IMG/VR virus record: IMGVR_UViG_3300032235_000623
Coordinates: 1 to 64,000 of that record
Length of the DNA: 64,000 bases
Reading direction: 5' to 3' (one strand)
DNA from: a virus
Part shown: positions 48,217 through 57,202 of the stretch, piece by piece
Layout of the letters: every line of letters begins with the position of its first letter
Position numbering within the stretch: position 1 is the stretch's first letter
Notes under the pieces: generated by a model
The model's database searches: none
What the model saw: the letters and a program-made list of their open reading frames with translations, nothing else
What the model was told of the DNA's origin: nothing
Made by a program: the position numbers and the translations under genes

Positions 48217-48377
48217 ATTTTAATAGCTGGATAAAATATGGCTATGAAAAGGGGTGGACTTCTGATGTATTTTGTAATACTCATGATGGCCCACCTATGA
48301 ATGATATAGAGATGCAAGAATGGGAAGATGGAGGAGATCCGTGTTCCTTCCACATTCGTTTGTGGGAATTAGACTAA
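48204..48377 (+). CDS. Small hypothetical protein (57 aa)
   Basis: F..W...G...GW.....C.THDG.P....E...W..G.DPC..H.R; AGGAG RBS. Confidence 0.55.
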   Translation: MGELDFNSWIKYGYEKGWTSDVFCNTHDGPPMNDIEMQEWEDGGDPCSFHIRLWELD

Positions 48378-48427
48378 AATTCTGTGCCTAACAATGGGGG
48401 CAGATAAATTAAGGAGAAAGAAATTAA

Positions 48428-49534
48428 ATGAAGTCATTTAATAAAATCGCACTAGCCATGGTTGCAGCCATGGCTATGGGCACAATCGTAGCAACACCTG
48501 CAAGTGCTGCTGTAATGACAGTCGCTGTAACTCTTGATGGAACGGCTAATACAACCGCTTCCTCAGTTTCTACACCTGCTGCATTGCCAGTTCCTGCAGA
48601 CAACTCAGTTGATGCTGCTGACGCACTTAAGTTTGTAGCAACAGTTGACACAGGAACATCAGTTTCTGTAACAGCAACAAATGCAACAATCGTGTCTGCA
48701 CTACACACATCTGCTGCACCAGTCGGAGCATCATCAGGATCATCATCTTTGACAATTGCTACTGGTACAGGAACAACTGCAACATTTTATGTCTACACAA
48801 AGACAACAGCAATTGGTACAGTTGTAGTTACAAACCAGGGAACACAACTTACATACTACGTACAGGGTACTGCTGGCAAGATTAATAACCTTGCTGTTTC
48901 AGCACCAGCAAACGGTGCTGCTGGAACAAAGCAGGATATTACAGTTACTGCAACAGACGTATTCGGAAACAAGGTTTCTGGTAAGTCAATTACAGCAACA
49001 GTATTTGCTTCAACAGCAACACTTGATACAGCAACAGCAACAACTGGTGCTACTCTTTCAGACTTTGGAGTTGCAAAGTTTTCTGCAACACTTCCAACAA
49101 CTGGAACACGATCACTTATTACATTTGCACCAACAAACTCAGGAGATGCAACATCTGCTGATGTAACTGGTTTAACTGCTCGTACTCTTGCACCTTTTGC
49201 AGAGATTGCAGTTCGTGATCTAGTATCAGAACTTGCTGCACAGACAGCTGCTAAGACAGCTGCTGAAAGAGCTCTTGCAGATGCAGTAGCAAAGGCTGCA
49301 TCTGATTCAGCAGCAGCAAAGGCTGCAGCAGAAGCAGCAGCTCTAACAGCTGCAGCAGAAATTGCTAAGCTAAAGGCAGAAGCTGTAACAGCAAAGCTTG
49401 CACACGATGCAGAAATTGCTAAGCTAAAGGCGGATAATGCGGTAGCGATTAAGGCAATCAAGGATGCTTTCAATAAGTTGGCTCGCCAATGGAATGCAAA
49501 GAATCCAAAGTCAAAAGTTACTCTAGTAAAGTAA
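48428..49534 (+). CDS. Secreted Ala/Thr-rich Ig-fold surface (S-layer-like) protein
   Basis: Signal peptide ...TPASA, V.ATDVFGN.V Big-domain motif, Ala-rich helical C-terminus, strong RBS, biased codons. Confidence 0.7.
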   Translation: MKSFNKIALAMVAAMAMGTIVATPASAAVMTVAVTLDGTANTTASSVSTPAALPVPADNSVDAADALKFVATVDTGTSVSVTATNATIVSALHTSAAPVGASSGSSSLTIATGTGTTATFYVYTKTTAIGTVVVTNQGTQLTYYVQGTAGKINNLAVSAPANGAAGTKQDITVTATDVFGNKVSGKSITATVFASTATLDTATATTGATLSDFGVAKFSATLPTTGTRSLITFAPTNSGDATSADVTGLTARTLAPFAEIAVRDLVSELAAQTAAKTAAERALADAVAKAASDSAAAKAAAEAAALTAAAEIAKLKAEAVTAKLAHDAEIAKLKADNAVAIKAIKDAFNKLARQWNAKNPKSKVTLVK

Positions 49535-49539
49535 TTTAA

Positions 49540-49574
49540 TAATAAAGGGGCAGGGGAGACCTTGCCCCTTTATT
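49540..49574 (+). terminator. Intrinsic terminator
   Basis: AATAAAGGGGCAGG-GGAGA-CTTGCCCCTTTATT. Confidence 0.8.
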
Positions 49575-49596
49575 GTATTAATGATAGAATATGGAT

Positions 49597-49752
49597 ATGG
49601 ATTTAGATAGTTTATATGTTTTTATAAAAAAACAGTCTATAAATGATATTATTAAAGACTTAGAAGACTTAGAATTTCCACCAGAGTGGAGACCAAGAGA
49701 CGTTCTTGGGTTTGTGATCAGAAAATTGCAAGAAAAGGAAATGCAATGTTAA
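49597..49752 (+). CDS. Small hypothetical protein
   Basis: Leaderless after TAGAAT; MDLDSLYVFIKKQ... Confidence 0.45.
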   Translation: MDLDSLYVFIKKQSINDIIKDLEDLEFPPEWRPRDVLGFVIRKLQEKEMQC

Positions 49753-49985
49753 AAAATATTAGTAAAAAAATAAATAAATGGCTTTCACCTACAACTTATG
49801 TTGATTTGGATGTAATCCTTGAAGATATCAATGCTGAAAAGGTTGTTAAGAAGACAGCTAAGAAGGCACCAGTAAAGAAAACTGCTTCTAAGAAGGCTCC
49901 TGCAAAGAAGGTTGCTAAGAAGGCTCCTGCGAAGAAGAAGCCAGCAGCTAAGAAGGTAGCAAAGAAAGCGCCTGCTAAGAAGTAA
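49746..49985 (+). CDS. Histone H1/HupB-tail-like basic protein
   Basis: AKKAPAKK repeats; AAGGA RBS before 49746. Confidence 0.75.
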   Translation: MLKNISKKINKWLSPTTYVDLDVILEDINAEKVVKKTAKKAPVKKTASKKAPAKKVAKKAPAKKKPAAKKVAKKAPAKK

Positions 49986-50186
49986 ATGGAATCTAAAAAG
50001 CGAAGTATTATCAAAGCCATTACATGGCAATTTGTTCACCTAGGATTCGTGGCTGGCTTAATATACATATATACACGTGAGTGGGAGTATGCATCACTTG
50101 GGGCTATAGGCTACCTAGCCTGGGAATCAACAGCCTATTATTTTCATGAGCGGGCATGGATAAGATTTGGAAATAATATCAAGTAA
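49986..50186 (+). CDS. DUF2061-like membrane protein
   Basis: ES.KRSI.KA.TW...YY.HER.W. Confidence 0.8.
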   Translation: MESKKRSIIKAITWQFVHLGFVAGLIYIYTREWEYASLGAIGYLAWESTAYYFHERAWIRFGNNIK

Positions 50187-50308
50187 TGGATTTATTAGAT
50201 ATTTGCGAAATAAAGGATTGTAATAGTCAGGCTGAGCGCATAACAAGCACTGAAACAAAGATAATCCAAGTATGCATAGAATGCTACAATAAAAAATATA
50301 AAAAATGA
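50186..50308 (+). CDS. Cys micro-protein (40 aa)
   Basis: MDLLDICEIKDC...VCIECY; TAATG coupling. Confidence 0.45.
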   Translation: MDLLDICEIKDCNSQAERITSTETKIIQVCIECYNKKYKK

Positions 50309-50370
50309 TATAATGTATAATATGGAAGGATTTCTAGACCCTTCTAAATAAACCCTATAGGAGATAAGAA

Positions 50371-50532
50371 ATGTCAGATGGAAAGAATTTAACAGGTTTT
50401 GGCGAGACAAAGCCAGCAGGCGTAACACCATGGAACAACAACGAGCAGTATGCTCAGGATCCAAAGGCTGCATTCCCTGCAACAGATAAGTCATCACAAG
50501 ACGGCGCTGGACTTAACAACGGCGGTAAGTAA
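50371..50532 (+). CDS. Small hydrophilic protein (53 aa)
   Basis: AGGAG RBS; MSDGKNLTGFGETKPAG... Confidence 0.55.
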   Translation: MSDGKNLTGFGETKPAGVTPWNNNEQYAQDPKAAFPATDKSSQDGAGLNNGGK

Positions 50533-50534
50533 TA

Positions 50535-50690
50535 ATGTGCGTAGAATGTGGCTGCCAAATGGTTGGCAGCGAAACTGGTATTGTTGGAATTAACGGTGGC
50601 ATGTTAGACGTATCTACAGACGGAGATTCTGGACTAACACTAAACATGACAGCAAACCGTGAACAAAGAGAAAGATTCATTAACGAATAA
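50535..50690 (+). CDS. Micro-protein with N-terminal MCxxCGC (51 aa)
   Basis: MCVECGCQ...; coupled to neighbours. Confidence 0.5.
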   Translation: MCVECGCQMVGSETGIVGINGGMLDVSTDGDSGLTLNMTANREQRERFINE

Positions 50691-50902
50691 TGTCTGAAAA
50701 CGGATCAGAGACCGTTACCGCTTCAAATGCAGAGCCATCTGGAGCGGTAACTTCTACCGAAGCTACTAGAAAAAACCCTAGTCAGGGTAAATTTAAGTCT
50801 GGAATTAATAAAAAAGTTCCGATGAAGGTAGATGTAAATAAGCACGGAATTAGAAGAGAGACTAGCATCCAGCCTAAAAAGGTTGGAAGAAAAAAGGTTT
50901 AA
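50690..50902 (+). CDS. Small basic protein
   Basis: ORF track. Confidence 0.55.
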   Translation: MSENGSETVTASNAEPSGAVTSTEATRKNPSQGKFKSGINKKVPMKVDVNKHGIRRETSIQPKKVGRKKV

Positions 50903-50934
50903 TCTAACCTTTGTAACTAGAAAAGAGAGTATCT

Positions 50935-51639
50935 TTGTACATAGTAACTGGATCAGGATCTGGCATAGGTAAATCAGTATATAAAACTTTAAAAGAAACT
51001 GATCCAGTTATTGGTATTGATATTTTGCAATCAGACATTGTTTGTGATCTATCTTACGAAAAAAATATAAAAGAATTAGTATCCGAAATAACAAATTCCA
51101 ATAAAGAAATAAGTGGTGTCATCACATGTGCTGGAGTTGTTGGTGGAGATAGTGTAATATCAACTAATTATTTTGGATCTATCAGACTTGTAGAATACTT
51201 ATATGCCCATTATGGCAAAATAAATGCAATACTAATTGGGTCTATTATATTTACACACACAAAAGTTAATAATGAGTTAATAGATTTATTGCTAGATGGT
51301 AGTGAATCAGATGCAATATATTTTGCAAGGAAGAATAATCTTACAGATACAGAGATATATGCATCCTGCAAGCTAGCCCTTAATTTTTGGGCAAGACGTT
51401 TTATTAAGAATAACCCAAACTCTAGAATAAACGTCATACATCCATCATTAACTAAAACTGGAATGACAGAAAAGTATTTAAAGAGTGAAGTTATAAAAAT
51501 TATTTTTGCTGAAGATATACATAAGGCATATTTGGGCGAGCCAGAAGAAGTATCTGGCTTAGTATGCTATCTAATAAAAAATTCAAAGTTTGTAAATGGA
51601 CAATCTATATTTATAGATGACGGTGTGTACAGTGTGTAA
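50935..51639 (+). CDS. Short-chain dehydrogenase/reductase
   Basis: VTGSGSGIG, CAG, YASCK, IN.I.P..T.T, F.NGQ.I..D.G. Confidence 0.88.
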   Translation: MYIVTGSGSGIGKSVYKTLKETDPVIGIDILQSDIVCDLSYEKNIKELVSEITNSNKEISGVITCAGVVGGDSVISTNYFGSIRLVEYLYAHYGKINAILIGSIIFTHTKVNNELIDLLLDGSESDAIYFARKNNLTDTEIYASCKLALNFWARRFIKNNPNSRINVIHPSLTKTGMTEKYLKSEVIKIIFAEDIHKAYLGEPEEVSGLVCYLIKNSKFVNGQSIFIDDGVYSV

Positions 51640-51721
51640 GACATGCGGAAACTGCTCTCAAGAGCACAATAAAACAATTGATGATGCAGTAGATAATATC
51701 TTAGATTCGAGTATAATATAA
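51632..51721 (+). CDS. Cys micro-protein (29 aa, GTG start)
   Basis: MCKTCGNCSQEH... Confidence 0.4.
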   Translation: MCKTCGNCSQEHNKTIDDAVDNILDSSII

Positions 51722-51723
51722 GA

Positions 51724-51957
51724 ATGAAAAGAAAGCTATTAGATGGGTCTGCGGTAGACTCTTTAGAAAGCCCTGTACAGTTAGTTATTCATACTAAGGC
51801 TCCACAAAAATGGAAGATAATAGATATGGAAACTGGCGAAGAGTACATTGGTTCAGAAATATCGCATCCAGTTTTTAGCAAAACATTAAAAAGTAAGGTT
51901 TTAGCTGGTCATATCGGATCGTGGAAAAAAATAAAATTTAGGAATAAAAATGAGTAA
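51724..51957 (+). CDS. Hypothetical protein
   Basis: RKLLDG...I.TK.P.KW...D.ETG..Y.G. Confidence 0.65.
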   Translation: MKRKLLDGSAVDSLESPVQLVIHTKAPQKWKIIDMETGEEYIGSEISHPVFSKTLKSKVLAGHIGSWKKIKFRNKNE

Positions 51958-52081
51958 ATATTCTATTAAAAAAGAACAAAAGTGCTACTACTGCACTGAG
52001 GAAGGTCTTTATTTTGACTATGCTGATTATAGATGTATAAGTGTTTGTAAAAATCATTTAAATATGGAAGCCTCAAGCTAA
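51950..52081 (+). CDS. Cys/Tyr-rich micro-protein (43 aa)
   Basis: CYYC...VCKNH; TAATG coupled to P450. Confidence 0.5.
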   Translation: MSKYSIKKEQKCYYCTEEGLYFDYADYRCISVCKNHLNMEASS

Positions 52082-53328
52082 TGTCAATTCAAAATAATTT
52101 AAAAAAAGCTGGTCCAGAATTTCTTTTAAATTTAAAAAAACAAAATGGTGAAGTATTTTGGATACAGGATTATTTATTTGCATTCAATGAAAACTACGTA
52201 AATGAAATTTATGTTAAGCAGTACAACAACTTTACAAAAGCTGGCGGATGGCATAAGATTAAAGAGGGAATAGGATCAGGGTTGCTCACTAGTGAAGAGC
52301 CAAAGCACCTAGTCAATAGAAGAATACTAAACCCTGCATTTCATGTGAATAAGATTAATAAGCATATTGATGAAATGCGTTCAATAATTTCAAAAGAATT
52401 AAGTAATTTACAAAGTCAGAGTGAATTTAATATATCAGATTATTTTTTAAACTTGAGCTATATAGTATTAACTAATACCTTATTTAATGATAAAAACCTA
52501 TCTGAATCAAAAGAATTTAAAGATATATTTTATTCAATTATGAAGAAAACTGTTGATGACGAAGATCCGCACCATGAATCTTTGGAAGAGTATAGGAGCA
52601 GTTTATATAATTTAATATCAAAAGTAGTTTTGGATAGAGTCTCTAACGAAGAACATAATGATGACTTCCTAGACCTATTAATTGAATCATTCAATGATGG
52701 CGAGATGTCATTGCATGAAATAGTGGATGAGATACTCAGTATGCTACTTGCTGGACATGAAACAACGGCTAACGTCGTATCATGGGCAATATGTCATGTG
52801 TCATTAAATCAGGAAATAAAGAATAATATAAAAATAGAATCAGACTTATTTATAAATAAAATAAATACCAATGGAGTTCTTGATTCTTTAAAGGATTTAA
52901 CAAATTCAGAATATGCTATAAAGGAAACATTAAGACTCTATCCTCCAGTCTGGTCTAGCCCAAGGGAGGCAATTAGTGATTGCTATATAGAGGACACCTT
53001 CATTCCAAAGGGAACAAAAATTATATTAAGCTCATATGTTTCCCATAGAGATGAAAAGTATTTTGATGATCCAGAATTATTTATGCCAGATAGATGGGAT
53101 AATAATTTTGAGGACACCCTACCTCAAGGCTCATACTTTCCATTCCATCTTGGTCCAAGAAAGTGTATCGGATATCGTTTTGGAGAAATACAGGCAAAAA
53201 TTACATTACTAGAATTTTTTAAAAACTTTGAGATTGATTTATTGAACGGAATGCCTAAAGGTGTGCCATATGCAACATATAGAATATCTGAAAATTTCTG
53301 TGTTGAATTAAGAAAGAGTGATCAGTGA
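52081..53328 (+). CDS. Cytochrome P450
   Basis: RR...PAF, LAGHETTA I-helix, ETLRLYPP, F.PDRW, PFHLGPRKCIG heme Cys. Confidence 0.95.
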   Translation: MSIQNNLKKAGPEFLLNLKKQNGEVFWIQDYLFAFNENYVNEIYVKQYNNFTKAGGWHKIKEGIGSGLLTSEEPKHLVNRRILNPAFHVNKINKHIDEMRSIISKELSNLQSQSEFNISDYFLNLSYIVLTNTLFNDKNLSESKEFKDIFYSIMKKTVDDEDPHHESLEEYRSSLYNLISKVVLDRVSNEEHNDDFLDLLIESFNDGEMSLHEIVDEILSMLLAGHETTANVVSWAICHVSLNQEIKNNIKIESDLFINKINTNGVLDSLKDLTNSEYAIKETLRLYPPVWSSPREAISDCYIEDTFIPKGTKIILSSYVSHRDEKYFDDPELFMPDRWDNNFEDTLPQGSYFPFHLGPRKCIGYRFGEIQAKITLLEFFKNFEIDLLNGMPKGVPYATYRISENFCVELRKSDQ

Positions 53329-54113
53329 AGATTCATTACATGACAGACTCAGGAAACGATCTATCTGAGCTATCAAATATCCTAGATGATGCAGGCTACT
53401 ACTCTCTCCTTCTGGTATATCATTCAACAAAACCAGATGCCTGGATTAAATGTGCTAATGCTTTAAATAAAAAACATAAGTTTAAGTACATGATAGCCAT
53501 GAGGCCGTATGCAATTAGCCCAGAGTACTTTTCTATGATGTGCAACGCATTTAATGAGCTGTCTCCAAACAGGATAATGTTTAACATAGTAGCTGGAGAC
53601 TTACATAAAGAAGAGAAAAGCGTAGAGCATGCTTTATTTATCGGCGACCTTATAGAAACATCAGAAAAGAGAGTAAAGTATACTGCTGAATGGATAAAGA
53701 AATTAAAAGAAATTAATAAGATAAGGCCATTCCCAGAGATAGTAATGTCTGGGTTTTCTGATAAAACATTAGAAACTGCTGCAGAGTTTGCGGACTATAA
53801 TTTATGTATGATTGATACATACAAAGAGCATACAGATAGATTTAATAAAAATAAAAATAGAATGGTTTCTGCTCAGATTATAATAAGGGATACGTATGAG
53901 GAAGCAAAAGAGTTTGCTGATAAATATGTGCCAGAAGAGCACAAAAGAAGGTGGACAATTTTTGGAACAGAGTCTGACATTATTAATGAGTTTGAATATC
54001 TTGAGTCTATTGGGGTCACAGACATAATGCTTAGATCGCATAATTCAGATTTAAAGGTTAATTTAACTCACAATTTTGTAAAAAAATATAACTCAAGAGA
54101 AATGGTACAATAA
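53325..54113 (+). CDS. Luciferase-like (LLM) flavin monooxygenase
   Basis: D..GY.S.L, K..IA.RP...SP, R...NIVAG, G.S, GT...I. Confidence 0.8.
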   Translation: MKIHYMTDSGNDLSELSNILDDAGYYSLLLVYHSTKPDAWIKCANALNKKHKFKYMIAMRPYAISPEYFSMMCNAFNELSPNRIMFNIVAGDLHKEEKSVEHALFIGDLIETSEKRVKYTAEWIKKLKEINKIRPFPEIVMSGFSDKTLETAAEFADYNLCMIDTYKEHTDRFNKNKNRMVSAQIIIRDTYEEAKEFADKYVPEEHKRRWTIFGTESDIINEFEYLESIGVTDIMLRSHNSDLKVNLTHNFVKKYNSREMVQ

Positions 54114-54116
54114 GAT

Positions 54117-54797
54117 ATGACTAAAATTTATGCAATAGGTGACTGCCACCTATCAAGAGTGCAGGAACATTATAATCCAAGCGAAAGCGATGTGGATTTT
54201 GTTATATGGGGCAAGGCTGCGAAGAAGATATGGGACATTAATTTTGCAGAGATGCTGACGCTGGACGAGGTATCCTCTGGTAAAGAGCAGCAAAGATTTG
54301 ATGGAGACGGTGTAACGCTATTTAGCCAAATTAAAGATGAAGATATATTGTTCGCATGGTTTGGATATGTTGATATTAGAACATTTTTATCTAAATATAA
54401 CAATGCTGATGAGGTTGCTAAAAGGTATGTAGATCAGCTTAAATCTTATTTTAAAAATTCTTTAATTGTTATTATAGAGCCTCTACCTCAGTTTACTGAA
54501 ATGTTATTAAAGTACGAAGGTATTAGTCCATCATATACATATGAAGAAAGATTGAACCAAAATAAACTCTTTATAGAGTCTTTGCACAAATATGCATCAG
54601 ATGCAGGAATTACACATTTTATAACTCAAGACGATATAAAAAAGGCCATAGGAAGCGATGAGTTAACGCCTGCTATGACTCACACAAAAGCCCCTCACCC
54701 AGTTGATGGCTTGAAGGACGAATATAACCAAAATATATTTTTCTTGTTTGAAAGATATGCCAAAAAAATTATAGAGGAGAACTTTAATGACAACTAA
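54117..54797 (+). CDS. SGNH-fold-like protein (GDCH variant)
   Basis: AIGDCH, WFGYVDIR. Confidence 0.45.
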   Translation: MTKIYAIGDCHLSRVQEHYNPSESDVDFVIWGKAAKKIWDINFAEMLTLDEVSSGKEQQRFDGDGVTLFSQIKDEDILFAWFGYVDIRTFLSKYNNADEVAKRYVDQLKSYFKNSLIVIIEPLPQFTEMLLKYEGISPSYTYEERLNQNKLFIESLHKYASDAGITHFITQDDIKKAIGSDELTPAMTHTKAPHPVDGLKDEYNQNIFFLFERYAKKIIEENFNDN

Positions 54798-55338
54798 CCA
54801 CGAAATGGTAACAGATAAAATTGTACAGTTTAATGATGTATTTGAGGACTTGGATGCTGTAGTTTCCAAGGTAGAGTCTGGATCCTGGGAGCACTGGGGT
54901 AGAGCAAATAATGAACGTGTTGGAACATTAAGATGGATCTATAAGATAGAAGGCTATCTTTATAATGAAATTAATTCAGCTGTTACAAAAGCAGCAGACG
55001 AATATTTTGAGAACCAATCTATTAAAAAGAATGAGTATATGTTTTCGAACAGCTCATATCATATTAGAAAATGGGATGCACCAATGAGAGGCATGGAGCC
55101 TCATTCAGACTTTTCAGCAAATGAGGATGGAAGCAGAAGCAACCCCTCATACACCATATGTGGTTATATCACAGAGGATTACGAGGGCGGGCACCTAGAA
55201 TTTCCTAAGCACAACATATCTATTAAGCCAAAAGCTGGATCTATTATAATATTTCCATCTGATGAATGGCACGGAGTTTCTGATGTAATAAGCGGAAATA
55301 GAATGATGTTTAGCTTATTTATACATAAAACCCATTGA
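54787..55338 (+). CDS. 2OG-Fe(II) oxygenase, prolyl-4-hydroxylase-like
   Basis: HSD, DYEGG.L.F, KPKAG...FP, HGV..V.SG.R. Confidence 0.85.
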   Translation: MTTNHEMVTDKIVQFNDVFEDLDAVVSKVESGSWEHWGRANNERVGTLRWIYKIEGYLYNEINSAVTKAADEYFENQSIKKNEYMFSNSSYHIRKWDAPMRGMEPHSDFSANEDGSRSNPSYTICGYITEDYEGGHLEFPKHNISIKPKAGSIIIFPSDEWHGVSDVISGNRMMFSLFIHKTH

Positions 55339-55369
55339 CAAAACTTCAGTTATTTTATATGATTATCTC

Positions 55370-55456
55370 ATGTCCATAAAAGAATATAACTCATCCTACT
55401 CTGAATGCGAGTGTGGAAAGATAATGTGCCCTAAGTGCTCAGAGGTAGGTAGATAA
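55370..55456 (+). CDS. Cys micro-protein (28 aa)
   Basis: Leaderless after TTGACA-N17-TATGAT; CECGKIMCPKC. Confidence 0.45.
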   Translation: MSIKEYNSSYSECECGKIMCPKCSEVGR

Positions 55457-55734
55457 TGATAAGCTTAGTTGACTGGTTTATTAACAGATTATTTAGTAAT
55501 AGATACCTTAGAGAGGCTATCTTTGCTGAGGTACATTTCTATGATCATATAGAGGCAGCTCTAAAAGAGCCTACAACAAACCTATCCTGGGAAGAAGGCG
55601 GACTTTGGTATGGGTATACCTTTAATGAAATGCATAAGTTATATCTATTTGATGATACTGGATATGAGACAATGACAGAACTCTGGGACAACCTATGGAC
55701 CAGAGACATGGAGCACGGATTGAGTTATAGATGA
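55456..55734 (+). CDS. Hypothetical protein
   Basis: ORF track. Confidence 0.55.
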   Translation: MISLVDWFINRLFSNRYLREAIFAEVHFYDHIEAALKEPTTNLSWEEGGLWYGYTFNEMHKLYLFDDTGYETMTELWDNLWTRDMEHGLSYR

Positions 55735-56027
55735 CAGAGTACTGGTCGTATCTCTTAGCAGCAATTGGCGTTACAGGCATATTCTTTGTTGGTCGAAAGA
55801 CCATTTGGGGATGGCTGATCTTATTATTAAATGAATGTATATGGATAGCATACGCATTAGCCACGGATCAATATGGGTTCATTATCATGGCTACAGCCTA
55901 TTCTGCTGTATATATTAAATCTTTTATATCTTGGAAGAAAGAAGAAAAAGAAGAACATATCTCACAATATGAGATTAATACTCATGGTCAAATAGATCAT
56001 AGATATATACATATTGATCGCAATTAG
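55731..56027 (+). CDS. PnuC-like small membrane protein
   Basis: Three TM; G.K..WGW...L..E..W..YA..T.QYGF. Confidence 0.6.
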   Translation: MTEYWSYLLAAIGVTGIFFVGRKTIWGWLILLLNECIWIAYALATDQYGFIIMATAYSAVYIKSFISWKKEEKEEHISQYEINTHGQIDHRYIHIDRN

Positions 56028-56497
56028 TGAAGCGCAAAAGTAGAGAGCAGAATTTCGAATATATGACAAAAAAAGAGATCATATTCGCCTTATATAATCA
56101 AGGCATGTCGTACCGACAAATCAAAGAGCAAACTGGCTTTTCAAAAGGCACCATTTCCTATCATTTGGGCGAAGGGGTCAAAGAGAGGGCAATGGATCGG
56201 CGGAAGCAGGATAGACATAAAATTACCACCTATATCAGAGAAGAAAAGGTGGGCAAGGTATGTATGGACTGCAGAGAAGATTATCCCCATTGGATTCTAG
56301 AATTTGACCATAGACCAGGGGAGGAAAAGAAATTTACCATTGGTACCCATAATATCGCTAGAGACAAATCACTAGATGAAGTTAAAGATGAAATAGCTAA
56401 ATGTGATATCGTATGTGCTAATTGCCATAAGAATAGGACATACTGGAGAAAGCTCAAGAATGGAGTCTATCCAGCAACCAAGGAACTATACGACTAG
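56027..56497 (+). CDS. HTH + HNH endonuclease
   Basis: GMSYRQI....G.SK.TISYH; CMDC...LEFDH...C..VCANCH..RT. Confidence 0.8.
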   Translation: MKRKSREQNFEYMTKKEIIFALYNQGMSYRQIKEQTGFSKGTISYHLGEGVKERAMDRRKQDRHKITTYIREEKVGKVCMDCREDYPHWILEFDHRPGEEKKFTIGTHNIARDKSLDEVKDEIAKCDIVCANCHKNRTYWRKLKNGVYPATKELYD

Positions 56498-56498
56498 G

Positions 56499-57026
56499 AT
56501 GAACTCTTGGCAATATGGGCTTACAGCCCAAGAAGAAGCCTTGTGTGTAGAGGTAGGATATCAGCGTCAAAAGCCATACTTTGGCGATCCTAGCAAAAAC
56601 ATTAATTATGCTGAAGGTGACCTATGGGAGATGTGGCAGCATGTCATATGTGCAGGGTCTGAGCTAGCATTTGCCAGAATGATGGGTAATAAGGAATTTG
56701 TACCTCATGTGAACAAATGGAAGACTGAATTAGATATCCCAGGTGTTGGTGAGATAAGATACTCGTTTAATCCAGATGGTGGACTTAGATTCACAAATAG
56801 GGATAATCCTGATCTCAAATATGTATTATTAATTGACGGGATGGCTATCAAAAATAGGACGGGGAAGAACGAAGAAAGACGAAGTACTCCCTATAAAGCT
56901 ATAGGATGGCTATATGGACATGAATGTATGAAGGATGAATATCTATCTAAATACAATAATAGAACATGGGTTGTACCTCAGAGCAAATTAAAACCTATGC
57001 CTAACCATATTAAACCAGTTGACTAG
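56499..57026 (+). CDS. Hypothetical protein
   Basis: ORF track, start trimmed to 56499. Confidence 0.6.
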   Translation: MNSWQYGLTAQEEALCVEVGYQRQKPYFGDPSKNINYAEGDLWEMWQHVICAGSELAFARMMGNKEFVPHVNKWKTELDIPGVGEIRYSFNPDGGLRFTNRDNPDLKYVLLIDGMAIKNRTGKNEERRSTPYKAIGWLYGHECMKDEYLSKYNNRTWVVPQSKLKPMPNHIKPVD

Positions 57027-57049
57027 AATATATATAGTATAATATAGAT

Positions 57050-57202
57050 ATGAGCATACTCGACAATTTAGAAGCATATCTAGAATTAGAAGAATTAGAT
57101 CCACTTGGTAAATCTTGGAAAGATGCACCAGATTGGTGTGACGATTGTGTAGCAAATCCTGGAGAGAAATGTCCAGATTGTGGCTATACACATAATTGCT
57201 GA
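57050..57202 (+). CDS. Zn-finger micro-protein (50 aa)
   Basis: Leaderless; CDDC...CPDCGYTHNC. Confidence 0.5.
   Translation: MSILDNLEAYLELEELDPLGKSWKDAPDWCDDCVANPGEKCPDCGYTHNC

Noticed and set aside
48856-49473. 205-aa antisense ORF
   Set aside because: Mirror of the Ala/Thr-rich sense gene; no RBS or promoter seen
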